A stretch of DNA of 64,000 nt from Thermoplasmatales archaeon SG8-52-3 (lineage in GTDB: Archaea; Thermoplasmatota; E2; DHVEG-1), in NCBI GenBank assembly GCA_001595915.1, contig LSSG01000053.1, positions 3,416-67,415 on the forward strand, read 5' to 3'. Below are positions 27,819 through 37,988 of the stretch, in pieces. Positions within the stretch are counted from its first letter, which is position 1; the number at the start of each line of letters is the position of its first letter. The translations under genes and the position numbers were made by a program. Under the pieces are notes generated by a model. That model saw only the letters and a list, made by a program, of their open reading frames with translations. It did not search any database and had not been told where the DNA came from.

Positions 27819-30641
27819 ATGCAATCTTACAACTATGATTATATAAAAATTGAACAAAAATGGCAGAAACAATGGTTCTCAGAAAAAATCTATGAATCAA
27901 AGAAAGAGAATAAAAAAAAGTTTTTCATACATTTTGCTTATCCTGGTGTTTCAGGATATCTTCATGTAGGTCATATGAGGGGATTTACTTATTGCGACAT
28001 TATTGCTAGATATAAACGTATGTCTGGTTTTGATGTATTATTTCCAGCAGGTTTTCACGCATCTGGAATTCCTTCAATTGGTTTTGCAAAAAAAGTAGAA
28101 AGAAAAGATCCAACTACATTAAAAGATCTTAAAAACTATGGAATATCTGATGAACTGATTAAGAAGCTTACTGATCCTTCTCAAGTTGTTAAATATTTTG
28201 GAAATGTTTATGTTGAGGATTATTGGAAAAAATTTGGTTTTTTTATTGATTACTCAAGAATTATGAGCACCATATCAGACGGTTATAAAAAATTTATACA
28301 ATGGCAGTTTTATCAACTTAAAGAAAAAAACCTACTTGTTCAAAAACCTCATTTTGCACCTTTTTGTCCAAATTGTGGACCTGTTGCAGTAGATAAATCA
28401 GAAACAGATATCCTAAAAGGCGGATCAGCTGAGATTTTAGAATTCACAACTATTAAGTTTAAAATGAATGATGGAACAATTCTTCCAGCTGCTACTCTAA
28501 GACCTGAAACTATTTTTGGTGTCACAAATATGTGGATAAATCCGAATGTAAATCATGTTAAAGCAGAAATTGATGGTGAAATATGGATTCTTTCAAAAGA
28601 AGCACTTGAAAAACTCTCTCATCAATTAAAGGATGTAAAACCGCTTAATGAAAAAGTATCTGGAAAGGAATTAATTGGAAAAACTTGTATCGTTCCAATA
28701 ACAGACCGAGAGATACCAATACTATCAGGACCATTTGCTGACCCAAATGTAGCAACAGGAATTGTTATGTCAGTTCCTGCTCATGCACCATATGATTGGA
28801 TTGCCCTTGTAGAATCAAAAGCAGATATCGAACCAATTACAATTATTGATGTTAAAGGATTTGGTACAAATCCAGCAAAAGAAGTTTGTGACAAATTTGA
28901 TATAAAAAGTCAAACTGAAACAGAGAAGCTAGACCTTGCAACAGAAGAAGTATACAAAAAAGAGTTTCATACAGGATATCTTAATGAGAAATGCGGAATT
29001 TACGCAGGAATTAAGATATCAGATATAAAAGATGCTGTAAAAAATGAACTAATTGATAACAATCAAGCAGTTGTAATGAGAGAATTTTCAGAAGAAGTTA
29101 TTTGTAGGTGTGGGGGAAAAGTTCTAATAAAACAAATTCCAGACCAATGGTTTATAAAATACAGTGATGAAAAGCTAACGAATGACTCAAAAATTCATGC
29201 TGATAATATGAATATTTTTCCACAAGAATATAAAGATGAAATTCCTGGAATTCTTGATTGGTTTGACGACAGAGCATGCATTAGAAAAGGATCATGGCTT
29301 GGAACAGATTTTCCATTTAAGAAGGGTTGGATAATTGAACCTATTTCAGATTCTACACTATATCCAGCATATTACATAATATCAAAATATGTAAATGAAA
29401 ATAAAATTAAAGCAGAGGATATGACAAATGAATTTTTTAATTATGTTTTCTTAAATAAAGGAAATAGTAAAAATCCTGTTTGGCAAGAAATTAAGGATGA
29501 TTTTGATTATTGGTATCCAGTAGATATAAATCTTGGAGGAAAAGAACACAAAACAGTTCATTTTCCAGTTTTTTTAATGAATCATGTAGCAATAATGCCT
29601 GAAGAAAAAAGACCTTGTGGTATTTTTGTGCATTGGTGGGTTACACAAAAAGGAAAGGAAAAAATCAGTAAATCAAAAGGAGGAGTTGAACATATAAATG
29701 AAGCTGCAACAACCTATGGTGTTGATGCTATGCGACTTTATTATGCTCATGTCGGTTCACCTTTTGTTGATATTGAATGGGACTCAGAGGCAGTTATTAA
29801 ATATAAAAATAGACTCGCAGGACTCTATAAGTTAATAGAACAAATAAATGAAATCAAAGAATGTAAAGATCAAAATTTAGACAATTGGTTAAAAAGTTCA
29901 CTTCAAAGAACCATAAAAAAGACAAAAGATGCATTTAAAAATTATGATTTAAGAGTTGCAACTAATGAAATCTTCTTTGAATGTCAAAAAAACATTCAAT
30001 GGTATATAAAAAGAGGTGGAGGAAATAAAAAACTTCTTGATAATTTTGTAGAAAATTGGATAACACTTATGACACCAATTACACCACATTTATCTGAAGA
30101 AATATGGCATAAAAAAAATAAAATTTTTATTTCAAATATTTCTTATCCAGAATATAACGATAAAGAAATTTTTGAAAAAGAAGAAGTTGGAGAATACCTT
30201 CTTTTAAAAGTAATAGAAGATATTTCAGAAATTCTAAAAGTTACAAAAATAACACCTAAAAAAATAATAATATACACTTCACCATCCTGGAAACAAAATA
30301 TTTTTAGAAAAGCAATTGAGCTATCTAGTAAAAACAAACTAAATGTTGGAATTATTATGAAACAAGTTATGAGTGATAAAAAAATGAAATTACTTGGTAA
30401 AGAAATTTCCCAATTTGTAAATAAACTTCCAGGAGAAATTATAAAGTTGAATGAAAATGATAAAAGAAGATATATAATAGATATTAGTGAATATGACTAT
30501 TTAAAAAATTCAAAGGATTATATTAAAAATATATTTAATTCGGATATAGAAATTATTAATAGCGATGACAAAGATGTGTATGATCCTGCTAATAAAATTC
30601 GGTTTGCAATTCCTCTAAGACCAGCAATATTTATTGAGTAA
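27819..30641 (+). CDS. leuS: Leucyl-tRNA synthetase, archaeal type
   Basis: HVGH (HIGH), ATLRPET, GIVMSVPAHAPYD, KISKS (KMSKS), C-terminal PLRPAI. Confidence 0.97.
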   Translation: MQSYNYDYIKIEQKWQKQWFSEKIYESKKENKKKFFIHFAYPGVSGYLHVGHMRGFTYCDIIARYKRMSGFDVLFPAGFHASGIPSIGFAKKVERKDPTTLKDLKNYGISDELIKKLTDPSQVVKYFGNVYVEDYWKKFGFFIDYSRIMSTISDGYKKFIQWQFYQLKEKNLLVQKPHFAPFCPNCGPVAVDKSETDILKGGSAEILEFTTIKFKMNDGTILPAATLRPETIFGVTNMWINPNVNHVKAEIDGEIWILSKEALEKLSHQLKDVKPLNEKVSGKELIGKTCIVPITDREIPILSGPFADPNVATGIVMSVPAHAPYDWIALVESKADIEPITIIDVKGFGTNPAKEVCDKFDIKSQTETEKLDLATEEVYKKEFHTGYLNEKCGIYAGIKISDIKDAVKNELIDNNQAVVMREFSEEVICRCGGKVLIKQIPDQWFIKYSDEKLTNDSKIHADNMNIFPQEYKDEIPGILDWFDDRACIRKGSWLGTDFPFKKGWIIEPISDSTLYPAYYIISKYVNENKIKAEDMTNEFFNYVFLNKGNSKNPVWQEIKDDFDYWYPVDINLGGKEHKTVHFPVFLMNHVAIMPEEKRPCGIFVHWWVTQKGKEKISKSKGGVEHINEAATTYGVDAMRLYYAHVGSPFVDIEWDSEAVIKYKNRLAGLYKLIEQINEIKECKDQNLDNWLKSSLQRTIKKTKDAFKNYDLRVATNEIFFECQKNIQWYIKRGGGNKKLLDNFVENWITLMTPITPHLSEEIWHKKNKIFISNISYPEYNDKEIFEKEEVGEYLLLKVIEDISEILKVTKITPKKIIIYTSPSWKQNIFRKAIELSSKNKLNVGIIMKQVMSDKKMKLLGKEISQFVNKLPGEIIKLNENDKRRYIIDISEYDYLKNSKDYIKNIFNSDIEIINSDDKDVYDPANKIRFAIPLRPAIFIE

Positions 30642-30653
30642 AAATTTTAAGAT

Positions 30654-30878
30654 TTATTTTGAAGATTTCTTTTTTAAATCCTTTTTTGAAAAACGTATCA
30701 TAAAGATACTACCGATTAAAATGAAAACAAATCCTGCTCCAATTACATAATAAAGTATGTTACTACTACTAATAGCCGGTCTTTGATTGACATATTCTAT
30801 ATAACTAAATGTAAGAAAACCAAGTATAATAAAAATAAGACCTAATATGTATGCTGATAATTCCTTTAATACTGACAT
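30654..30878 (-). CDS. Small two-TM hypothetical protein
   Basis: Two hydrophobic helices and a basic tail. Confidence 0.65.
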   Translation of the reverse strand: MSVLKELSAYILGLIFIILGFLTFSYIEYVNQRPAISSSNILYYVIGAGFVFILIGSIFMIRFSKKDLKKKSSK

Positions 30879-30978
30879 GTGAAAGCTATAATTAAAGAAT
30901 ATATATTAAAGGTTATTGGAAATAAATTATTGATTTTGACTTTCTAAATAAAAATTTAAATAATTATTATTATGTTAC

Positions 30979-31710
30979 TTATAATATTGGATAATTCTGA
31001 ACGTTTTCAGCTCCAACAAATGCAGCTAGTGCATAACCCCCAAAACCAAATGATGCAGGTTCACCAGGTATTGCAAATGAGATACCAATCCCTATAAAAC
31101 CTAGTGCAATTCCATTTTGTTGACCAGAAGCAATAAAACCCCATCCTGTTAATAAATTTGCAGCCATAGATTGAGCATTAATAAGTGAAGTCCATATTGT
31201 AACAAAACGAGGTCTAGGTGCCATTATTGGCATAAATAAAAGCCCTCTACCACCACCAGCTATACTACATATAAAGACAGAGCCAGTATCGGAAAATGGT
31301 CCTGGAATTATATTATTTTTAATACTTGTCCCAGGTATATTAACATAAGAAAGCCATTTTGGATTCAAAAGTAAATATACATATTCTTTTGAAATTACTT
31401 TAGGTATTAAACCATTAACATCTAAAATTTCAATGAAATTTTTTTTCAGTAATTGAGTCTCATCACTTTTGAAATCATTTACAATTTTGCTTTTTAATTC
31501 CTCAAATAAATTATAAATATTTTTAGCTGTATCAGTCGGTAAAATAACTTCACATTTGTTTGTTTTCGTTTTATTAAAAGTGTAAAAAGTTAGATTGGCA
31601 TTGGCTATATCTTTGTTATAATCCCCAAGAATAATAGGGGTAAAAGCAACTCCAACAAATAAAACCAACAATACAATTATAAAAGTTTTTAATAATATCT
31701 TGTTTTTCAT
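30979..31710 (-). CDS. Secreted hypothetical protein with Gly-rich hydrophobic C-terminal domain
   Basis: SD GGGAGG; signal peptide; C-terminal GFIGIGISF...FGFGGYALAAF. Confidence 0.75.
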   Translation of the reverse strand: MKNKILLKTFIIVLLVLFVGVAFTPIILGDYNKDIANANLTFYTFNKTKTNKCEVILPTDTAKNIYNLFEELKSKIVNDFKSDETQLLKKNFIEILDVNGLIPKVISKEYVYLLLNPKWLSYVNIPGTSIKNNIIPGPFSDTGSVFICSIAGGGRGLLFMPIMAPRPRFVTIWTSLINAQSMAANLLTGWGFIASGQQNGIALGFIGIGISFAIPGEPASFGFGGYALAAFVGAENVQNYPIL

Positions 31711-31812
31711 GATATTTTCCTCCCTCTAAACATTATTTGTCAAAATTTATATCAATTAACTAGATTAATAATTTTTGCTTTAAAATAATTCAAAAAACAT
31801 CTAAATAAAAAT

Positions 31813-33267
31813 CTAAATATGAATAATTCTTTTCGGTTTACCCTTTATTTCAGGAGGTAATTGACCAATATTGAATTGTGAAGTTGTGGTTTCGCAATAG
31901 AAATATTTTATACCATCATCTTCAACATACACTCCATGTTCACCCTCTAAATGAATTCCAACAGCAAGATGTCCAGAATTTTTATCTTCAAGTTTATAAA
32001 ACAATAATACTACGTCATAGCCTAATGCATCCATAATTGATGCATATAAAATTGCGGAATCTTCACAATCTCCATTTTTGTCAACCAAGGTCTCTACTGG
32101 AAACTTCCAATATTCAATACAACCCTGACTTTCATTATCAAGAGTATATTGAACATTTACTTGAACAAATCTTAGAATAAAATTTGCTGTTGTAATAATA
32201 TTGAATTTCTTATTATCTGCAAGATTCTTTAATTCAGTTGCAAAATCGATAATTACCTTTTCATTCGAAGTAACATATGCAGCCATTGCTTCATTTGGAA
32301 ATGGTTGATCTTGAGGAGATCTATCAATGTTTGCATTTGCATAGTTTTCATAAGTATCAGATGGAATACTCATTGAAAGTTTCCAATGGTTATTGCTAAA
32401 AAACCATTTATATATTCGATTTATGTTTTCATCACTTGATTTTGTTTCTTCTGATAAAATTATATCATACCATAATTTTCCTTTTGAACCTTCAATAAAT
32501 CCAGTTCCATCCATTATATTTTCTTTGTTATCAATTTGAATAATAAGAGTTGTCTTACTGTTTTCTTTGTTTATATCAATTATATCGTTACTTCCAAAAA
32601 TATCATAATCATACATTACAATTTCAATAATCGTATATGGTTTTTTTGTATCATCAGGAATATCATAGAAAATAGTTTCATGTTGTATTTCCTTTACTTT
32701 TTTGAGCATTACATTCCAACGTTTTCCATTATTATCAATTTTTTTAAAGCTCTCTCCATCAATAATAATATCAAAGTATACTTGAGCCCATTTTAAGATA
32801 TCAACTCTTGATGTTACCATGAATTTTTCTAAAATTATTTCAAAGGATAAATCTACATATGGGTTTATATCTGAATTATCTCCATAACCATCTTCATCTG
32901 TATCACTCCACTCATATGGGTTTTCTGGAAAAGTATCGCTATTATCCCCAACTCTATCTCCATCTGAATCCTTCCACTCATCCGGATCATTTGGAAAATC
33001 ATCTAACTCCAGAGGCGGAGAAGATGTACTATCTTTTTTGGTTTTTTCAGGATTCCATCGATCAGGATATCCATCATCATCTGAATCAACACTAGCAGCA
33101 GGATCATTTGGAAAATCATCTATTTCATCATGTACTCCGTCCTTATCTGAATCTGGTTTATTAGATATATCAGAACTAACAGAATTATTATCAAGAAAAG
33201 TACATCCAGTAAGTGTTGTGAGAATAATTATTGAAATAAATATTAAAGAAATTATTTTTGCTTTCAT
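31813..33267 (-). CDS. Lipoprotein with TSP3-like acidic repeats and transglutaminase-like domain
   Basis: Lipobox LTGC; DSDxDG/DDFPNDP repeats; PVETL...GDCED, GHLAVG, YCETT. Confidence 0.8.
   Translation of the reverse strand: MKAKIISLIFISIIILTTLTGCTFLDNNSVSSDISNKPDSDKDGVHDEIDDFPNDPAASVDSDDDGYPDRWNPEKTKKDSTSSPPLELDDFPNDPDEWKDSDGDRVGDNSDTFPENPYEWSDTDEDGYGDNSDINPYVDLSFEIILEKFMVTSRVDILKWAQVYFDIIIDGESFKKIDNNGKRWNVMLKKVKEIQHETIFYDIPDDTKKPYTIIEIVMYDYDIFGSNDIIDINKENSKTTLIIQIDNKENIMDGTGFIEGSKGKLWYDIILSEETKSSDENINRIYKWFFSNNHWKLSMSIPSDTYENYANANIDRSPQDQPFPNEAMAAYVTSNEKVIIDFATELKNLADNKKFNIITTANFILRFVQVNVQYTLDNESQGCIEYWKFPVETLVDKNGDCEDSAILYASIMDALGYDVVLLFYKLEDKNSGHLAVGIHLEGEHGVYVEDDGIKYFYCETTTSQFNIGQLPPEIKGKPKRIIHI
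32984..33122. repeat. 22-bp exact intragenic direct repeat
   Basis: GGATCATTTGGAAAATCATCTA at 32984-33005 and 33101-33122, encoding DDFPNDP on the minus strand. Confidence 0.85.
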
Positions 33268-33436
33268 TTTTAATTATAATAGTAGTATATTTTTACATAT
33301 AAAAAGATTCTGATACAAACCACAAATTTCTATTTTTTATAACTCTTAAGAGAAATAAACTTTTTTATTTTTAATAATACAAATATTCTTGAAAACTGAT
33401 AAACATAAAAACTAATTAATTATGTATAAAATTTAG

Positions 33437-34132
33437 ATGACAAACTTATATTCTAAAATATCAGAAGATACATGGGATGCTATAGCAAAGAGTTTTGATT
33501 CAACAAGACGAAAAACTTGGAATGAATGTATTGAATTCATTACTTCATTACCAAAAAAAAGTTTAGTTTTAGATGTGGGTAGTGGTAATGGAAGACATCT
33601 GTTACCATGTGCAAAACATTGTAAGAAAGTAATAGGATTGGATATTTCAATTGAACTTTTAGAAATTGTGAAGAAAAAGGTTTTTGATAATAAATTAAAA
33701 AATGTAGAACTTGTTCATTCAGATGCTGTAAATATACCTCTTAAAGCAAATTGTATTAATGCAATACTATATATTGCGACATTACATAATATTTCAGTAA
33801 GATATCGTCGTATCAATTCTCTTAAAGAAATATATAGAATTTTAAAACCTGGTGGAAAGGCAATTGTAAGTGTTTGGTCAAGATGGCAGGATAAATACCG
33901 TCAACATTTTTTAATAAGAATGATTGCTCAATTTGGTCGTAATGAATTTGGAGATATTGATATTTGTTGGAGACAACATGGATTGAATATATCCAGGTTT
34001 TATCATCTTTATAGTAAAATAGAATTTGAAAAGGATATTAAAAAAGCAGGTTTTAAAATAATTAGTATTAAGGGTAAAAAAATTCATTCAAGAAAATATC
34101 CCGATAATTATTTTGCAATCATACAAAAATAA
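33437..34132 (+). CDS. Class I SAM methyltransferase, Trm9/ALKBH8-like
   Basis: IAxxFDxTR...W, LDVGSGNGRH, IATLH, SVW, RFYHL. Confidence 0.75.
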   Translation: MTNLYSKISEDTWDAIAKSFDSTRRKTWNECIEFITSLPKKSLVLDVGSGNGRHLLPCAKHCKKVIGLDISIELLEIVKKKVFDNKLKNVELVHSDAVNIPLKANCINAILYIATLHNISVRYRRINSLKEIYRILKPGGKAIVSVWSRWQDKYRQHFLIRMIAQFGRNEFGDIDICWRQHGLNISRFYHLYSKIEFEKDIKKAGFKIISIKGKKIHSRKYPDNYFAIIQK

Positions 34133-34150
34133 AAAAGAAGATATGGTTAT

Positions 34151-35287
34151 TCATTTGCCAATAAAATAACCAATAATATGATTTAGTTTTGGAAATTTCT
34201 CTATAAGTCTTTGAATCAATGAATTGTATGTTATTTTTGATCTTGGTGTTTTAAGATAAACATCAATTTCACAGAAGTTTGATGTATCATCTGAATTAAT
34301 GATTTTTATTTTTCCAATAAATTCCTCAGTTTTATTTGTAGGTGCCGTAACATTTACAGTAATCGTTACACATTCTCCTTCTTGTAAACCTTGACCGCTA
34401 TCTGGTTCAATTTCAAAAACTGCTCCTGGCCAATTTGGAGCTGATTCAAACTGCCAATTTAATATTGTGCCATTGTCTCCACAGTTACATATTTCAAATG
34501 TATCTGAAACTGTAGTTCCAGGTGGTACATCTTCCCAAGAAAGACTACCATCGCAACAGATAGCTGAATCACCTTCAGAAACCATAAAATCATCTACCAT
34601 TAAAAACCAAGAGTCATATGACACACAGTGAATTCCAATATATATGCTCTGGTCATCATAGGAGTCTAGATTATATGAATATTTTGTCCATTCTGTTGGT
34701 GGTTCAATATATGGTGCAGATGATATTATTGTAAAGCTTGTAGGATCTGTATCTGTTGTAGATACTCCAACTTCAATTCTTTCAATGTTATATTGATCTG
34801 AATAAGATTTCGCCCAAAAAGAAACAGTACCAAAATTATTTGGTTCTAATTGAGGAGTAATCAACCAATCATCATTTTGTAACGTATTTTGAACAGCCCA
34901 ACAAACTGTATATTTATCACCTGTATGAGCTAATAATTCAGGATCTTCTTGTGGTGGATCACATGCCAACGGATTGAAAATTAGAAATGCATATGCTTCA
35001 TTTTCATGTGTAAAATTAAATGCTGAATGACCCCATGTAAGTTCTCCATCTACATCAATATTAGTCCATGGTTGAAAATCTATTGAAAAATCTTCATATG
35101 CTTCGAAGCTATCCTCAAATAAAGCATTAGTTTGCAATATTTTTGGTTTATTAATGTTTGAGATAATATTTTTTGTTATTGATGAAATTTCAATTGCTTC
35201 TTTATTATCAGCAATAACAGCAGATGTTGAAAAAACCAATATAAAAGATATCAACAATACTGTATTTGCTTTTATAAAATTTTTCAT
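34151..35287 (-). CDS. Secreted cleaved-adhesin (choice-of-anchor J-like) protein with C-terminal beta domain
   Basis: Signal peptide; DSFE, WTNIDVDG, DDWLITPQL, SFWAKS, IYIGIH, MVDD. Confidence 0.75.
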   Translation of the reverse strand: MKNFIKANTVLLISFILVFSTSAVIADNKEAIEISSITKNIISNINKPKILQTNALFEDSFEAYEDFSIDFQPWTNIDVDGELTWGHSAFNFTHENEAYAFLIFNPLACDPPQEDPELLAHTGDKYTVCWAVQNTLQNDDWLITPQLEPNNFGTVSFWAKSYSDQYNIERIEVGVSTTDTDPTSFTIISSAPYIEPPTEWTKYSYNLDSYDDQSIYIGIHCVSYDSWFLMVDDFMVSEGDSAICCDGSLSWEDVPPGTTVSDTFEICNCGDNGTILNWQFESAPNWPGAVFEIEPDSGQGLQEGECVTITVNVTAPTNKTEEFIGKIKIINSDDTSNFCEIDVYLKTPRSKITYNSLIQRLIEKFPKLNHIIGYFIGK

Positions 35288-35413
35288 TTTTATCTTATAC
35301 CTCCATAAAACTATAATTTTTTAAAAATTATAATAAAATAATTTAATTTAAATATTTCCTTAACAATAGTTAATGATAATAGAAGTAAACTATTTGTTAT
35401 TAGATCTATTTTA

Positions 35414-36832
35414 TTAAATAATTTTTTCTTTTCTATGAGTTATATAACTAATAATAATAAGAACAATTATTGATATCAATATCCCCCAAATGGCTGACAA
35501 GAATCCAAATGTTGGAAATATTTTAAATTGAAATAAGAATATCGAGATTTCACCACAAATAATACTTGCAATACATCCATATTTTGTTGCCTTTTTCCAA
35601 TACAGAGCAGCAATTGTTGTAGGACATAAAACTGCAAGACCTGAAAACGTTGTGGAAACAAGTGTTCCCATTATCCCTACCTTTGTATCATATCCACCAA
35701 TTACAAAAAATATTGCAAAAAGGGAAAGAATTATTATAATTGCCTTTCCAAATAATATTTCAGAAATACGTCTTTTTTTTATTGGTAAATCCCTTGATAT
35801 CATTGTGGAAAGTGAGAGCAGTTGAGAATCAGCTGTGCTCATTAAAGCTGCAAGTGCACCTACCATTACAAATGCAAAAATAAAAGAAGGAGCATATGTT
35901 GCAACCATTATAGGAAGAACCATATCTTCAGAACCAATTGCAATTTCAACACTTGTTCCATGAGCCCATATACCAATTAGAACAGGAAACAAGAATAAAA
36001 ATGATACAACAATTGGATAAAAAATCATAGATATCTTTAAAGATTTTTCATTTTTTGCTGTATAAAATCTTGAAAATATCTGAGGAAACATTGGATCTGC
36101 AAAAAGCCATAGAAGCATAAATGAAAACCAAATCTGAGGGAGAAAATAATCACCTCCTCCAGGTCTTGCGAATAATTCTGGTTTTGCTTCAAATGCTGCA
36201 ATATTTGCAGCTTCAAATCCACCAAGAGATATTGCAACAAAAACAACAGCCAAAGTCATTGCAATAATCATTATAAAACCTTGTAAGACATCGGTCCAAC
36301 CTGAACCTCTCATCCCACCAAACAAAACATATAACATTATTATAATCATTGTAATTATTGCACCAACTTGCCAACTAATTTCTGTCATATATTCTATGAG
36401 CATTCCAGCACCAATTGCTTGAGTTGCCAGATATGGAATCGTAAATATCACCATGATAAACATAAAAAGTAATCTCAGACTGGTGCTTTTGAATCTATCA
36501 CCAATAAGTTCAGGAGGAGTAATAAAACCTTTTTCTTTTCCAAGTTTCCAAACCTTTCTTCCAATTATATAAAACATAATTGCCATAAACGCTGTTCCAA
36601 AACCCATTATCCCATATTGGCCAAATCCACTAGTATATGCCTTTCCTGCAAAACCTAAAAAAGTAAATGCAGAAAAATTGGTTGCTGCTAGAGTAAAAAA
36701 TAAAACTATTGGACCAAATGTTCTATTCCCAAGAAAATAGTCTTCTGGAGTTTTTTTTGTTCTTTTTTGTGCATAGAAACCAAGTATTATGAGAATTATA
36801 AAATAGATAGTTACTAAGAATATGAATATCAT
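35414..36832 (-). CDS. Sodium:solute symporter (SSS, PanF/PutP-like)
   Basis: DYFLGNR, ATNFSAFTFLG, GGMR...WTD..QG, AALMSTADS, YWK. Confidence 0.95.
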   Translation of the reverse strand: MIFIFLVTIYFIILIILGFYAQKRTKKTPEDYFLGNRTFGPIVLFFTLAATNFSAFTFLGFAGKAYTSGFGQYGIMGFGTAFMAIMFYIIGRKVWKLGKEKGFITPPELIGDRFKSTSLRLLFMFIMVIFTIPYLATQAIGAGMLIEYMTEISWQVGAIITMIIIMLYVLFGGMRGSGWTDVLQGFIMIIAMTLAVVFVAISLGGFEAANIAAFEAKPELFARPGGGDYFLPQIWFSFMLLWLFADPMFPQIFSRFYTAKNEKSLKISMIFYPIVVSFLFLFPVLIGIWAHGTSVEIAIGSEDMVLPIMVATYAPSFIFAFVMVGALAALMSTADSQLLSLSTMISRDLPIKKRRISEILFGKAIIIILSLFAIFFVIGGYDTKVGIMGTLVSTTFSGLAVLCPTTIAALYWKKATKYGCIASIICGEISIFLFQFKIFPTFGFLSAIWGILISIIVLIIISYITHRKEKII

Positions 36833-37050
36833 TTTTCAATCCTCCAAAAGAACTTTGAAAATATATAAAAAGATGCAGATGTAAGGAGTGTAAGAAATAA
36901 TAGATAATAAATCCATAAAGGAAGACCGATAATCATTGGTTTTGATGTATTCCAGCCCCAAAAATCAATTGAAAATATAAAAAGTAAAACAAACAATAAA
37001 TACCAAAAAGCATTTTTCTTTTTTGGAAACCAGAACGGTAGATTTTTCAA
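36829..37050 (-). CDS. DUF3311/DUF997-like small SSS partner protein
   Basis: Two TM helices with P..IGLP.W; overlaps the SSS start; TTG start after SD GGAGG. Confidence 0.75.
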   Translation of the reverse strand: MKNLPFWFPKKKNAFWYLLFVLLFIFSIDFWGWNTSKPMIIGLPLWIYYLLFLTLLTSASFYIFSKFFWRIEK

Positions 37051-37056
37051 TTTTTT

Positions 37057-37136
37057 TCCTCCCAGATTATCCACCTTTTCCTGGTTTTAAGGGCTGGAAT
37101 AGGTTAAACAATGCCCTTTTTTCGTTTAACCAGCAT
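37057..37136 (-). ncRNA. Candidate riboswitch-like leader of the SSS operon
   Basis: 8-bp stem GGTTAAAC/GTTTAACC; loop AAGGGC pairs with downstream GCCCTT; alternative CTGGTT/AACCAG and CCAG/CTGG pairings next to the SD. Confidence 0.45.
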
Positions 37137-37173
37137 AATGGGATAAATAAGAAATAATTAAGTTTTACTAATT

Positions 37174-37986
37174 TTAGACAGTTATATCTTTATGTTCAAA
37201 ATATATCAATGAGATAACCATGCAAACAGTTGTAACACATATTAAAATAAGAGCTGAGCCTATATTGAAATCACCAAATTTTAAAGTGTCATAGGGAACG
37301 AAGTAATGTGTGATAGAAACAACTCCAATTGATTCATAATCGGGAACTGTTTTTGACATTGTTTCAATAACATACATACCCATAAGTAGAGCAATAAAAG
37401 TTATACTTGCCTTCATTTTCTCATTTATAATAACAGATATCAATATTGCTATTCCAAGAATTGCAAGAAAGTATGGAACTGAAGCAACATGAGTTAAAAA
37501 CAAATTACCAAAATCTAATTCTTCACCAATTACAATAGTAATACCAATTACAGCAAGCATAGTTCCAAAGTTTATTATCAAAGTCATTGGAATTAAACCT
37601 ATAAACTTTTCAAAAACTATCTGTTTTCGCGATACGGGATTAGACATCAAAAGATCTATTGTTTTTCCTTCAATTTCTTTAGAAACAATTGATGCTGCAA
37701 TAAAACCGATTACTATCCCAAGTATAATCATCCAAAAGATCTGATAAAGTTCTAAATTCAAAAATCCAACATATGTTGCCATATCAAAAGTTGCTGGTCC
37801 AAAGAAATTTGAAAATGAATCAAAAAGACCTGTTTCTCCCATTTCCTCCAAGGGTTCTTTAAATGCTGGAAACATTCCAGCGTACATAACTGAAATAAGC
37901 ATGAATAAAAGAGTGAGAGTGATTGTTGTTTTTTTGTAGTCAAGTATAGTTTGAATTGCTATTCTAAATCGAAATATATCTTGCAT
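37174..37986 (-). CDS. ABC-2 type transporter permease
   Basis: EIEGKTIDLLMSNPVSR motif; about six TM helices; C-terminal FxxKDI. Confidence 0.9.
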   Translation of the reverse strand: MQDIFRFRIAIQTILDYKKTTITLTLLFMLISVMYAGMFPAFKEPLEEMGETGLFDSFSNFFGPATFDMATYVGFLNLELYQIFWMIILGIVIGFIAASIVSKEIEGKTIDLLMSNPVSRKQIVFEKFIGLIPMTLIINFGTMLAVIGITIVIGEELDFGNLFLTHVASVPYFLAILGIAILISVIINEKMKASITFIALLMGMYVIETMSKTVPDYESIGVVSITHYFVPYDTLKFGDFNIGSALILICVTTVCMVISLIYFEHKDITV

Positions 37987-37988
37987 TT

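Noticed and set aside
32860..33160. Repeats resembling a CRISPR array
   Set aside because: Only two exact copies, in frame within a gene, encoding TSP3-like peptide repeats; no cas genes
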